Below the pieces are notes generated by a model, which saw only the letters and a program-made list of their open reading frames with translations, was not told the DNA's origin and did not search any database. Of a stretch of DNA of 64,000 nt, positions 40,420 to 50,601 are shown one piece after another. Numbering within the stretch: the first letter of the stretch is position 1; every line of letters begins with the position of its first letter. The position numbers and the translations under genes are program-made. This stretch comes from Microbotryum violaceum. Lineage: Eukaryota. The stretch lies in assembly GCA_001244265.2 (NCBI GenBank), contig CDLV01000016.1, positions 496,001 to 560,000 of the forward strand, written 5' to 3'.

Positions 40420-41600
40420 CGTTCTGAATGTGGGCGTAACTAAAAGTTCCATGAAGCAGCTCGGTTCGTCGATCTAATTGCTGATCGTTGACGTGATGTG
40501 TGACGTCAATGTTGTCGACGGTCACATGGAAGTACTTGTTCGAGCCAATCTCCTTCATTTTGGTCGAATTCGCCTTCGTCAAGCTCGCAGCTGCCTGGAG
40601 AGTCGCCCAGCGAGACGTTAGTCGTCAAGCCGCAATCGTACAGAAATGTTGTCGATCGGTCGTTCGCTCCACATGCGAGAGTCATGAGACCGTTGCGATA
40701 CTGCATGGCGTTGTTCCTTCGGTTGCAAGCGAATGCGATCTGACCCATGACACTGCGGTAAAGCTGCGGCCAGCGTGTTGATCTTTGGTGTCAGTTCGCT
40801 GCGATACCCAGCCGAGCTAGGGTCAGAAACACTCACAAACTCGATACGCCTTTTTTCGTGACCAGACTCTTACTCTTGCTCTGGATCGGAACCATTCTCC
40901 GGGGTGGCTTCTTCCATCTCGACATCAGTGGAGGCTGTTGCAGTGGGGCCTTGTCGCAATTGATTGGCTCGGCCGGTGGTGGGTCTCCGCATTGTGATAG
41001 CAAGTTACGAATCCGTCTTCTGATGAAAGGGTTGTCTTCGGCGATTGGATCGAGCCGGGCGTCGATGTAATCGGATGCGAGGACTTCGGGAGCCAAGTCA
41101 TGACTAGCGACGAAGGCGGACTTGGTTCGCTTCATCTCTTGCATGATGATCGAGTCGGCCTGCACGCGGATAAGGCAAGTATTCAGTACGTTTTTAGAAT
41201 CCGGAGAATCAATCCGAGAAGTACGAAGTGCTGCCCACCTGCTCGGCGATCCAGTCATTGATTCGGCTGCTTGACTCTGCGCCATCCTCACGTGCAAGTC
41301 GTAGAATCAGATCAAGCACACGCTTGAGGCTGGATCAGTTGCTGTTGAACAGCTTTGGTCGGTGTGTTTGAACGCCTTCAAAGCGTGTGGAAGGGCAGAA
41401 GTACCACGACAGGTATTGACACAGCGAAAGATCGCGGCTACGAAATTCAGCGAATAGATCCGCCTCGCGGCGGGTGTTCTGGCGAGTTGACGAGGTATGG
41501 TGTCTGCTTGTTCGGGTCATTTTTGGCTTTAAATATTGTCGCGCTTGACGTGGACGACGGTGATCGTGAAAAGAGGAGAACAGCAAAGCGTACGCAAGGG
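40420..41600 (-). pseudogene. Academ/DUF6589-type transposase N-terminal fragment
   Basis: QIAFACNRRNNAMQYRNGL and HVTVDNIDVTHHVNDQQLDRRTELLHGTFSY (DN...GT motif); frameshifted. Confidence 0.6.
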
Positions 41601-41947
41601 GATCAAGCCGAACGGAGCAGGCTCACCGATGATGAGAGCGCCAATTACACGATGCGCTCGGACCATCTGAGGCCCGATCGACCGAAATCGCAGACTTCGG
41701 ATTGTTGTAGCTCCACCCACAGCTTATGAAAGATCTCGCCAGTTGGGGTATGTCATTTTTAGAAAACAAAGAAAAATACTGTCCCTCACTTTTGCATGAA
41801 TGCGCCTACTTGCCATGTTACAGAGAACCACCCCAAAATGGCCCTGAAATTTCGGAGGGCAACTGGGCCCTGCGCGCCGATAACTCGTAAGCCCCTCCCA
41901 GAGGGAGCGCTTAGTTGAGCTTAGCCCGCGCCCGGAGGCAGAATAGC

Positions 41948-42213
41948 TGTAAGGCCAGTGGCCTTACAGAAGGATCGCGAGTACTGGACCGATCGACTCG
42001 TCGTATTCGTTGTCCTTGAAGAGGTATTGTAGACTGTATTCTGGTTTCAGGATCGGTTCGAATGAATGTGTTCCTCTAAGAGGGAGAGAGAGGACCCAGA
42101 CTGAACTACACAAAAGGGGGAAACCGGCCAATAATGGTCCAATATTCGGTTAACCGGGTTTCGGCCAGATTCAGTCGTTGGTCATGCGCGTGCGAGGCCG
42201 CTCGGGCCTCACA
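41948..42213 (-). repeat. 3' LTR, 266 bp
   Basis: About 3 substitutions relative to the reassembled 5' LTR; adjacent to the PPT. Confidence 0.95.
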
Positions 42214-45200
42214 TCCTCCTTCCCAAATCCAATTTGATTGGATTTTCTTCAGTACGGGTGGCTCCTGCCTTTGCCTTTTGACCTGGGCAAGAGTTCGCGT
42301 CGTTCCGTGTCGAGCTGTGTTGTCGCGAGCTTCGCCGCGGCTGTTCTCGTCCGGATTTGTTCGAGCTTGAGGAGAGCTTCGCTCTCCTTGATTTCGTCTG
42401 AGATGTCGAGCATGCTGCGATCGTGTCGCACGCGTTGCCGTTTTCCTTCGACCTCTTGGTCCCGTAGTTGTCGACGGTTGAGATGACCCGTTTCAGCGAG
42501 CTCTGCGCGTTTTCGTTCCTATTCAATGGGGTGTTCATACTCATCTGGTCAGTCGCGTCCACGTTTGTTTTCGCCGCGACTGCATGTTCCTCCTGTCTCA
42601 CAAGAGCCTCGAAAAGCGTGATTTCGTTGACTGCCATGTGCATGTCCAACCATCGATTGAGTGGCGTCTTGTAACCGGCGTGGTATGCGTCCCATAGGTC
42701 GCGGACCATATCGTCCGTCGTTTGCAGAGTGTCGCTGCGTTCGTTTTTGTTGTCGCTATACTTGACATGGTATCGGAGGCCGGTCCCGTTTCGGGAAATG
42801 TTAATCACGTTCTTGATACGTGGAGGGGGGTTGCGCTCCCCGAGGCCGGACTTGGCCGGGGCTTGACGGTGGTGAAGGCGTAAGATTTCGCTCCATTCTT
42901 CACGGTTCTTGAGTGAAGCCACGGTGATGGATTTGTCATAGCTAGGTTCATCGAAGTCGGGCGAGGGACTCCGTTGGATGGGAGCCGTCACCTGTTGTTC
43001 TGGTTCGTCGGCGATTGTTTCAGTCACGGGTGCTGGTGCCGCTTGGACCGCTTCCGCTGGCGCAGGTGTCGGCTGTGTTGCACTCGAAGTGACGTCTTCC
43101 CCGATGAGGTCTCCGTATTTGCCGTATTCGATGTCGTCTCGGTTTTCAACTTCCATTTGTTGATCTGTCTGGATGTTGTCCGTCATTGTGACGCCGTCGA
43201 TCGGAAATAGTGGTTTGGGGTTGAAAAGGCGGTTGGGGAACCGGTTTTCGTCTGTGGCGACCCACTTCTTTACTTGACTTGCGTGAAAGCGGGGGTGGAG
43301 TCGTCGTTGGGCGTAGCGTGGAGAGAGTTCCAACGTATACGTCAATGTGGCCGGAGTGAATGCCACACATTTAAATGGGCCAGCCCAAGGGGGGGTCCAT
43401 TTGCGTGATCGGTCAGGTGCACAAGCGAAGTTCGCTGTGCGCACTAAAAATAATTCTCCTATCGCGGTCTGAAGCTGTGCGTCAGGTTTCCGCTTTCGGT
43501 CGGCAATGACTGCCTGTTCACCACGTGCTTTCAAGATATTGTCTCTAGCGCGTGATCGTCGTTGCATCGCTCAGTCAATCAATTCGCCGGCGGCAGTGCC
43601 GTCGGGAGGCCGTGCCCAGCCGGGTACGTTTTTCGGTGCGACAACTCGAGCTAGCTCGTAGGGCGAATACCCAGTGGAGGAGCTTTTCGTCGAGTTGATG
43701 CCGTGTACTACGAACGGTAGTTGGTCAGGCCAGTTCGTGTGCGTTTCGTTTACGATCTGCCTCATCATCGCGTTGAGATCTCGGTGCATCCGTTCTATGC
43801 GTCCGTTCGTTTGAGGATGAAAGCTCGTGCTCAGCAGTAGCGTAGTGCCTAGGCCTTCAAACATGGATCTCCAGAGATCTGGAGTCCATCGCGGATCGCG
43901 GTCAGACACAATCTGAAGCGGTATGCCCCAATGAGGGAACACAGATTGGAAAAACAACTCTGCGCATCCCTTCGCGGTAATCGTCTGCTCGCAGGGCACG
44001 GATATGGTTTCTCCGGTGAAGGTGTCAATCCAGTTACATAGGAATCAACCTCTTTTCCGTTCCATTGAGCTTTCACAAGTGGGCCTTGAAAGTCCACTGC
44101 GATCGTCTGTCGCGGACCTGCCGGTATTGGCATCGAGTGCGGTTGCCGCTGCGCATTTGCGTACCGGTCTTGGAGACTTGGCATGCTTCGCAGGTCTTGC
44201 AATATTCTTCGATATCTGCACTCGTAGTAGGCCACCAGTAGTGATGTGCTGCGTGAGCCAGCATCTTTCGGCTACCAGTATGTACTGTCATCTCGTGTAC
44301 GTGTTTCAACACGAGTTCTCGGACTTTTCGTCCGTCCACGGTGCCGGCTGCAATGCACAGTCGGTCGCCGTAAATTTCGTCATTCTGCCACAGAGCGCCA
44401 TCAGCGCTAAGGGTGTATCGATCGAAATCATCAACGGTGGTCACGATCTTCTTGAAGAAAGGATCGTTCAGGTAGTCCGTGGCTGCTTGCCACGTCCTGT
44501 CTCGGTGCTGAGGGCCAAGGTTCAGAGCTTGATCGGTGGGGATTCCACCTTCCTCCTCGAGTCGCGCAGCAATCGCGTTTTCCTTGCGCGACATTTTCTT
44601 CGGCTTAGGCTTCGCCACCTTCGCCTTCGGTGCTGTCTCCACCGCTGGAGTCTTGGTTTGTTCGGTTTGTCTCGGCTGAGCGAGACGACTACTGCGTCGG
44701 AGTGTTTCGGTCTGCAGAGACTGCAGCCTTGATCCTAGTAGCAAATAATCGTCACGATCATGTTCCGTATCGAGATCGTCAAGGTTTGGGTCCTCATACG
44801 AGTCGCAGACGTTGTCATCCTCGTACTGGCGGGAGAACATGTCAGGTGTTTTGTTCCAATCGCTTTCGATATGTCTGATGACAAAATCGAACTGGGATAT
44901 GAAGTTGTAGACCCGTGCTTGGCGCTCGTTCATCTGTCGCGCCGTTAAAAAAGATGCTAAAGATTCATTGTCGGTAATCACTGTCACCTTGCGGCCCAGA
45001 AGGATATTGTGAAACTGCTGAAAGCCTTCAAAGATCGCAAGGAGTTCAATCTCGTGCGTTGGATAGCTCAACTGCGTATTTGTCAATTTTCTCGAGTGAT
45101 GGTAAACCGGGAGAGCGTTCCACCAGTTTTCACCGTAAGTCACACAAGCAGACGTGCCGACTGACGACGCGTCGCATTGTAAGAAAATGTATTTGCCCGG

Positions 45201-46937
45201 AGAAGGGTTCGTCACTGGCTCCGTAGGTGGCGCAGACCGATGAATCGGGTCCGTGTCCCTCGGTGCAAGTTCTTCTTGACGAATAACCGTCAGCTGTCGG
45301 GCATCATCGATCGCCTTCTTCGTTTCCTCGAAAGCGATGTCTTGCACCGCGGACCAGGTCCACGGTGCGTCTCCAACTAAGTTGGTCAGGGGTGCAACTA
45401 TCTCGGCGAGATGTGGGAAGTAGCGACTCGACCACTCAACGCTCCCAAGGAAGCGTTGAAGTTGCACTTTCGTCGTTGGTTTCGCGATTGTCAGGATCGC
45501 ATCTTTGTGATCCTGGGACATCCGAATTGTACCGAATTGACAATCCATTCCCAAGACTTCAACCCACTCGGGGCATACTTTCAGGCTCGAGGTGCTGAAG
45601 CAAAGCTCATGCACTTGAGATCGTACGAGTACGCTGACCGTGTGGTCTCGAATCTCCTTCCATGTGTTACCGACGACAAAGATGTTGTCGGCGTATGCCT
45701 CCATTTGTTTGCCCAGAAGGCCCTGGTAGACATAGGAGATCATCCGCGCCAGTGTGGCGGGGGAGTTCGTGTCACCCTGTTGGGCAACGGGTGTCGTGTA
45801 CACGCCGTGGATTGACGTAAATGCGGTCTTCTAAACGTCTGACGGCTTGATACGAAGCTGTTTAAAAGCTCCTTTCAAGTCGAGTTCGACGTGGTACTTG
45901 TTCGTCGCGATGCGACTACGAAGGTAATCCGCATCGACCGCCGGAATAGACATTTTCACCGTGTTCGCATTGCGAGCACGAAGATCCACCACCGGTCGTG
46001 CCTTCCCATCTTTCTTGAGTATAGGCATCATCGGGTCGGCATTCTTCGTCGAAGCGGGGATCCAGAGACCGGCTTCAACATGTTGATCTTTCAAGGTCGC
46101 CCACTTGTCCATCATCGCGTCAGCTACTTTGTAGTGTCGACGTGGTCGAGGTGGATCACTCTTGTCGATGTAAGGAATCTCGTGCATGACTGCTCGCATC
46201 GGTGGGAAAGGGAGTTTGTCCCCTTCGCCGATGAAGATCTTTACAAACGTGAAGAGCAACCACATTTTGTACCGGTTCTTGTCTTCTTCAGGTTCGTAGT
46301 CAGGGGAGTCTTCCTGTCCCGTCGAAGGGTACACAGGAATTGTTGCTCGATTCTCCAATTCGCGAATTTCCCTTATTTTCATCGTCAGAGTATCGTCCAT
46401 CGTTGTCATGCTTCCAAAGTGAATGACAACTTCGTCGTCGTCATCCCACTCGTCTTGATCAAAGTCATGTGCTTCGCCGATGTTGCGTTGCAGTTTGCTC
46501 TGAGCTTTGATCGGAGCGTGGCCTGTAGCTTGTCGCTTCTTCTGTCGAGGGCGAGGAGCTCGCTCGGCCTTTTTGACAGGTGTCTCTTGAATCGGATCTG
46601 GCTGTCTCGAGACAACCTCATCAGGATTGAATGTGACCACGCAATCGTACTTTCGTAAGAAATCATCTCCGATGATGACATCGTAGTATACGTTCGCCAC
46701 CTCGAAACGTTGGGGTTTTTTCACTCCTGCGAATTCTATGTCTAGAATGCAGTAAGAGTTGACTTTGGATCGGGAGCCCTTTGTTCCAAGTCTGAGGGTT
46801 TGCGCCTGATCGTACATGTGAATCCGCGCGCCAAGTTGCCTTGGAATATACGGTGCCACAAAACACAAATCAGCGCCTGTGTCGACACACGCGTGGAAGC
46901 TTTTGCGTGTGTTCAGGGTCACGGGATGAGGGCGTCG
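42209..46937 (-). pseudogene. pol: Gypsy pol (protease-RT-RNase H-integrase), disrupted
   Basis: VDTGA protease; RPVVDLR and LDLKGAFKQL; QQGDTNSPAT; YADN in place of YADD; CDAS...EIELLAI...TDNESL RNase H; HHCC finger; VSDRDPRW and HPQTNGRIER integrase. Stops at 45831 and 43571; frameshifts near 44000-44150. Confidence 0.92.
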
Positions 46938-49697
46938 CTAGCTTTGCTTCGCCGTCGTTCCCGGTTTGTCTTGGATGTGCATGTGTCTGAGAGCTCGGGC
47001 CCGCGCACGCTGTAAGTCGTGCTCGTCCTTTGCTTTCTGAACCATTTCTGCGACTTCACCTTCCGTTAGGAATTGTATGCTGTCGGTTTGCAATCCGGCT
47101 TCAATCACATCAGCGCCTCTGAATAAACAGAGTTTCGTGCACTGGTGATCAAAGAGCTGTTTTCGTGAGCTTTCGAAGTCTCCTCGAGGCTTCAAATGGT
47201 GGCCAGCGAGGATGTCTTTCAGCTTTGCCGCATCGAACTTTGAGTCCGTGATGTAGTATGTTTTCATCGCATCCCGGTCTTCGGAATGTAAGTCGGTCCA
47301 CGGTGAAGGATTGTCTGGGGATCCTTTCCGATCGAGTACCGTGGCATGCTCAGGCTTACTTGGGTCTGTTTGCGCAACAAGTGGCGTCGCAGCCTTCTTG
47401 CGCAATTGTTCGGTGCGTCGGGCATGGACGCCCATGATCTGCAGGGCCGGTTCTGACTGGCTTGCTGCTGAATCAGTGTCTGAATCAATCGACATCATTC
47501 CCAGCTTGGGAGCTCCGGGGCATTTGCGAGCAATGTGTCCTTGCGTTCCGCATCTGAAGCAGATGCCTTTTTTCATCTGTTCTTCCCGGAGGGCAGCTTG
47601 CGCCGCATTGTCAGGGGCTTTTTCCTTCGAAGTGTTGTGCTTCGATCCTTGGTTCTGATGTTGCTTTGAGCCTTGAGATGCTCCCTGATTCGTTTTTTCC
47701 GCATTAAAATGCTTTTTCGGGTCAGAATGCTTGCCGCCTGAAGCAGCAGAAGCACTTGCTTTCCCATCCCGGGTGTCTGATTTCCTGGTCGCTTTTCGCA
47801 ATCGTCGGTTCATGGCTAGACCGCTCGTCGCTGCTTCGTGATTGGGTATAGGTTCATGCGGCGGTAGCTTGGCTGCCATGACACTGTTCTGTTGGATGTT
47901 GAAGAGTACTTCGGCTTCTCGCACAATCGCGCGCATTCTAGTCCACGTCACTTTGTCGGGATCTCCCCTGAAGTGCTGAACATGCACAATCAGACGAGGA
48001 TCCAGAGCGTCGTAGAGTTTGCGGGTCATGTCTCGTTCGCTCGTAGACGAACGCTCTTGCGAGACTTGCGTGATTTCACGGATGACCTCAGCCGTCAGTC
48101 GAAGACTGCCATCTGGCCGTTCTTGATGAATGTTTCGCCACCTGGTTTCCGCTTCTCTGTGCGCAGTCGGTGACACGAAAGTCTTTTCAAACTTCCGCGT
48201 CACCCTGCTGAGTGGGTATGGGCAGGTTTTGCGACCTTCACCACGACTTGGCCAATCTTTGTTCATCCGTTCTCGCCATTCGGCGTAGGTTTGCTTTGCT
48301 AGCCCATCCAAGCACATTTGAATGTATGGAATGGCAGCGTACGTCTCGGGATCAATTCGCATCGTGTGCAAAAATGATTCGACGTCGCGTTTCCAGTTTC
48401 TCAAGGTAACTGGGCGATCGTCTGATCCGCTGTACTTCGTCGGAGTCTCGATTTTCGGGCGCGGGGCACGTTCTTCTCGCTCATAGCGATCAGATGACTC
48501 GTGACGGTCACGAGCATGCCTTCGCGGTCTCGATGCTCCTTCCCGACGGGATCTTCGGGGTTCGTCATCTGACGACGACTCGCTGTCTGATGATTCGGGG
48601 TCGCGCGGTTTGCGCGCCTTTCGTTTGCTCCTTCGCGATCGTCGATCATGACGGTCGTAGTCCGACTCGCTTTCTTCCGAGGACGACGATGATGAGTCGT
48701 CATCTGAGGGGGGTTTAATGAACGCGCCTCTGCGTGGTGTGTAAGCAGCTTGAGAAGCGGCTTTTCGTTTGGCTTTGCGATCATTGCTCGGGGTCTTGGG
48801 GTCTTGGTGAGCCGGCTGCTTGCCGCGACTCGGCTTCGATTCGTTTCGGAGGGGCGCCTCCGGACTTGCTTGTCGGGCAAGGTTCTGAGTCGGGGCTGCT
48901 TCTGACGCGGCCTCTCGTCGTTCTCCCTGGTATCGATCTTCACTTGAAAGTGAGACCGATCTGGGTTCGTTCGTTTTCACGGATTTTTTCTCCAATTCTG
49001 TGCGAAATGCAATGGTGTGATCCGGTTCGTCATACGAATTCAAGTTCATATCGTATGATCCTCCATAATAGGAGGGGTCATCCAACCTGACTTTTCTCTC
49101 TCTAAGATTGTGCAGGTTGATATCACCCAACGAATAGCGTCTCGGCCGGTTGGGTGTCAGGTATCTCTTCAGCAAGGTGTCTGTGTTCGCTTGCGAAGTC
49201 GGGTTCGTACCTCGGGAGAAGGTCTGTGATGTCTCCTGAAATGTTTCTCTGGCTAGGCCAGTGGGTTCGTGCGCGATAATCGTGGAGTCACTTCCATCGA
49301 TCGAGCGGTCATCGGAGCCTGAGTCGCCAGGCTCGGTCTGTGAGGCTGAGTCAACAACCTCTTTCTGAGTTTTTTCAACTCTGGAATCAGCAGCATCTTT
49401 GATGTCAAGGACTTTCGTGCTGCTATTGGCCTCCATCCTGAGATGGGGGTACCCGCCAGTTCGTTCTCGGTTCGGCATCGGCGCCGAAACACGTCGGGTT
49501 TCTCGGGCGAGGTCATCGGCCCGTGTCGACATTGGAAGCCGTGGCATCGCTGCTCGGGCACCAATTAGTGATGGTGAATCATCACTTCGTGCCACACCCT
49601 TGTCTTTTTTGGGTGCAGCTAGGGTCTCATCTTTCGAGGTAGTTGAGTGAGAGGTAGCTAACCTCATACTCGGGTTTCGTAGCGAAGTGGTAAACAC
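46938..49697 (-). CDS. gag: Gypsy Gag polyprotein (919-aa open frame)
   Basis: PKIETPTKYSG capsid-like start and CCHC knuckle CFRCGTQGHIARKC; lies upstream of and in frame with the protease. Confidence 0.9.
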   Translation of the reverse strand: MFTTSLRNPSMRLATSHSTTSKDETLAAPKKDKGVARSDDSPSLIGARAAMPRLPMSTRADDLARETRRVSAPMPNRERTGGYPHLRMEANSSTKVLDIKDAADSRVEKTQKEVVDSASQTEPGDSGSDDRSIDGSDSTIIAHEPTGLARETFQETSQTFSRGTNPTSQANTDTLLKRYLTPNRPRRYSLGDINLHNLRERKVRLDDPSYYGGSYDMNLNSYDEPDHTIAFRTELEKKSVKTNEPRSVSLSSEDRYQGERREAASEAAPTQNLARQASPEAPLRNESKPSRGKQPAHQDPKTPSNDRKAKRKAASQAAYTPRRGAFIKPPSDDDSSSSSSEESESDYDRHDRRSRRSKRKARKPRDPESSDSESSSDDEPRRSRREGASRPRRHARDRHESSDRYEREERAPRPKIETPTKYSGSDDRPVTLRNWKRDVESFLHTMRIDPETYAAIPYIQMCLDGLAKQTYAEWRERMNKDWPSRGEGRKTCPYPLSRVTRKFEKTFVSPTAHREAETRWRNIHQERPDGSLRLTAEVIREITQVSQERSSTSERDMTRKLYDALDPRLIVHVQHFRGDPDKVTWTRMRAIVREAEVLFNIQQNSVMAAKLPPHEPIPNHEAATSGLAMNRRLRKATRKSDTRDGKASASAASGGKHSDPKKHFNAEKTNQGASQGSKQHQNQGSKHNTSKEKAPDNAAQAALREEQMKKGICFRCGTQGHIARKCPGAPKLGMMSIDSDTDSAASQSEPALQIMGVHARRTEQLRKKAATPLVAQTDPSKPEHATVLDRKGSPDNPSPWTDLHSEDRDAMKTYYITDSKFDAAKLKDILAGHHLKPRGDFESSRKQLFDHQCTKLCLFRGADVIEAGLQTDSIQFLTEGEVAEMVQKAKDEHDLQRARARALRHMHIQDKPGTTAKQS

Positions 49698-50601
49698 ACG
49701 TTCGCTTCTGTTGTCGGCGATGGTATCTTCAAGTATACGAGGGTTAATTACGTCCTCTACTTAAAGCAGTTACTTCGTCCAGCGAAGCAACGTGGTCGTT
49801 TTCAGAAAGTGAGGTTTGTGCCTTTCCACTCAAGAGTAAAAATTGACACGTCTCGCTACTCACGCCAACACTAGGTCGACGCTTTCGCAAGCGTGGGTTC
49901 GTTGCAAGCAACGGGGTTTCCTGTCTGTTTTCAGAGCAGATACCTTTTTCAAGGCAGACCGCCTTCTTCAGGGGATCAGTACAGGAGGTACTATGCGGAG
50001 TATCTTGAGACTGCTGGTTGTAAAGGTTGTCGATCGGCTTGTCCTCCAGCGATGGTTCGGTGTCGAGTTCGGGGTTGCTGAAGTCCAATAAAAAAGATGT
50101 AAGGCCGGTGGCCTTACAGAAGGATCGCGAGTACTGGGCCGATCGACTCGTCGTATTCGTTGTCCTTCAAGAGGTATTGTAGACTGTATTCTGGTTTCAG
50201 GATCGGTTCGAATGAATGTGTTCCTCTAAGAGGGAGAGAGAGGACCCAGACTGAACTACACAAAAGGGGGAAACCGGCCAATAATGGTCCAATATTCGGT
50301 TAACCACCTCTGGCTATATATATAAGCACGCTAAAAAGTGGCGCGCGCCTCCGACCCTCGCTTCCGCGCGACGTAGCCATACATGTTGCCCCACCTGCAA
50401 CCCGGGTTGCTGGATGGCCCGAGGACTAGGGCAACTTGCTAATGAGATTGACCTATTATTAGGGAGTACTTGTGCAGTCGCCCGCAGAGCTGTCTCTTCA
50501 AGCCTCCCCCCGCTCAGCGCCAAATCAGACCCGCCTCAGTTCTAAGACGAGCACCAACTATTGTAACACACAGTAATACATTCTCGGATTTGCATCAGAC
50601 A

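Larger units (their letters stand above)
39804..41923 (-). mobile_element. AcademH-like DNA transposon, deletion derivative retaining 5' parts of convergent helicase and transposase genes
   Basis: Same TAAGCTC...GAGCTTA termini as 32903-34381; perfect 9-bp TSD gcccgcgcc (39795-39803 and 41924-41932). Confidence 0.85.

Noticed and set aside
32903-41923. One large element capturing SGD1 between inverted taagctcaactaagc ends
   Set aside because: Each end already pairs with its own partner and a perfect 9-bp TSD, and the outer flanks do not match. These are two independent insertions.
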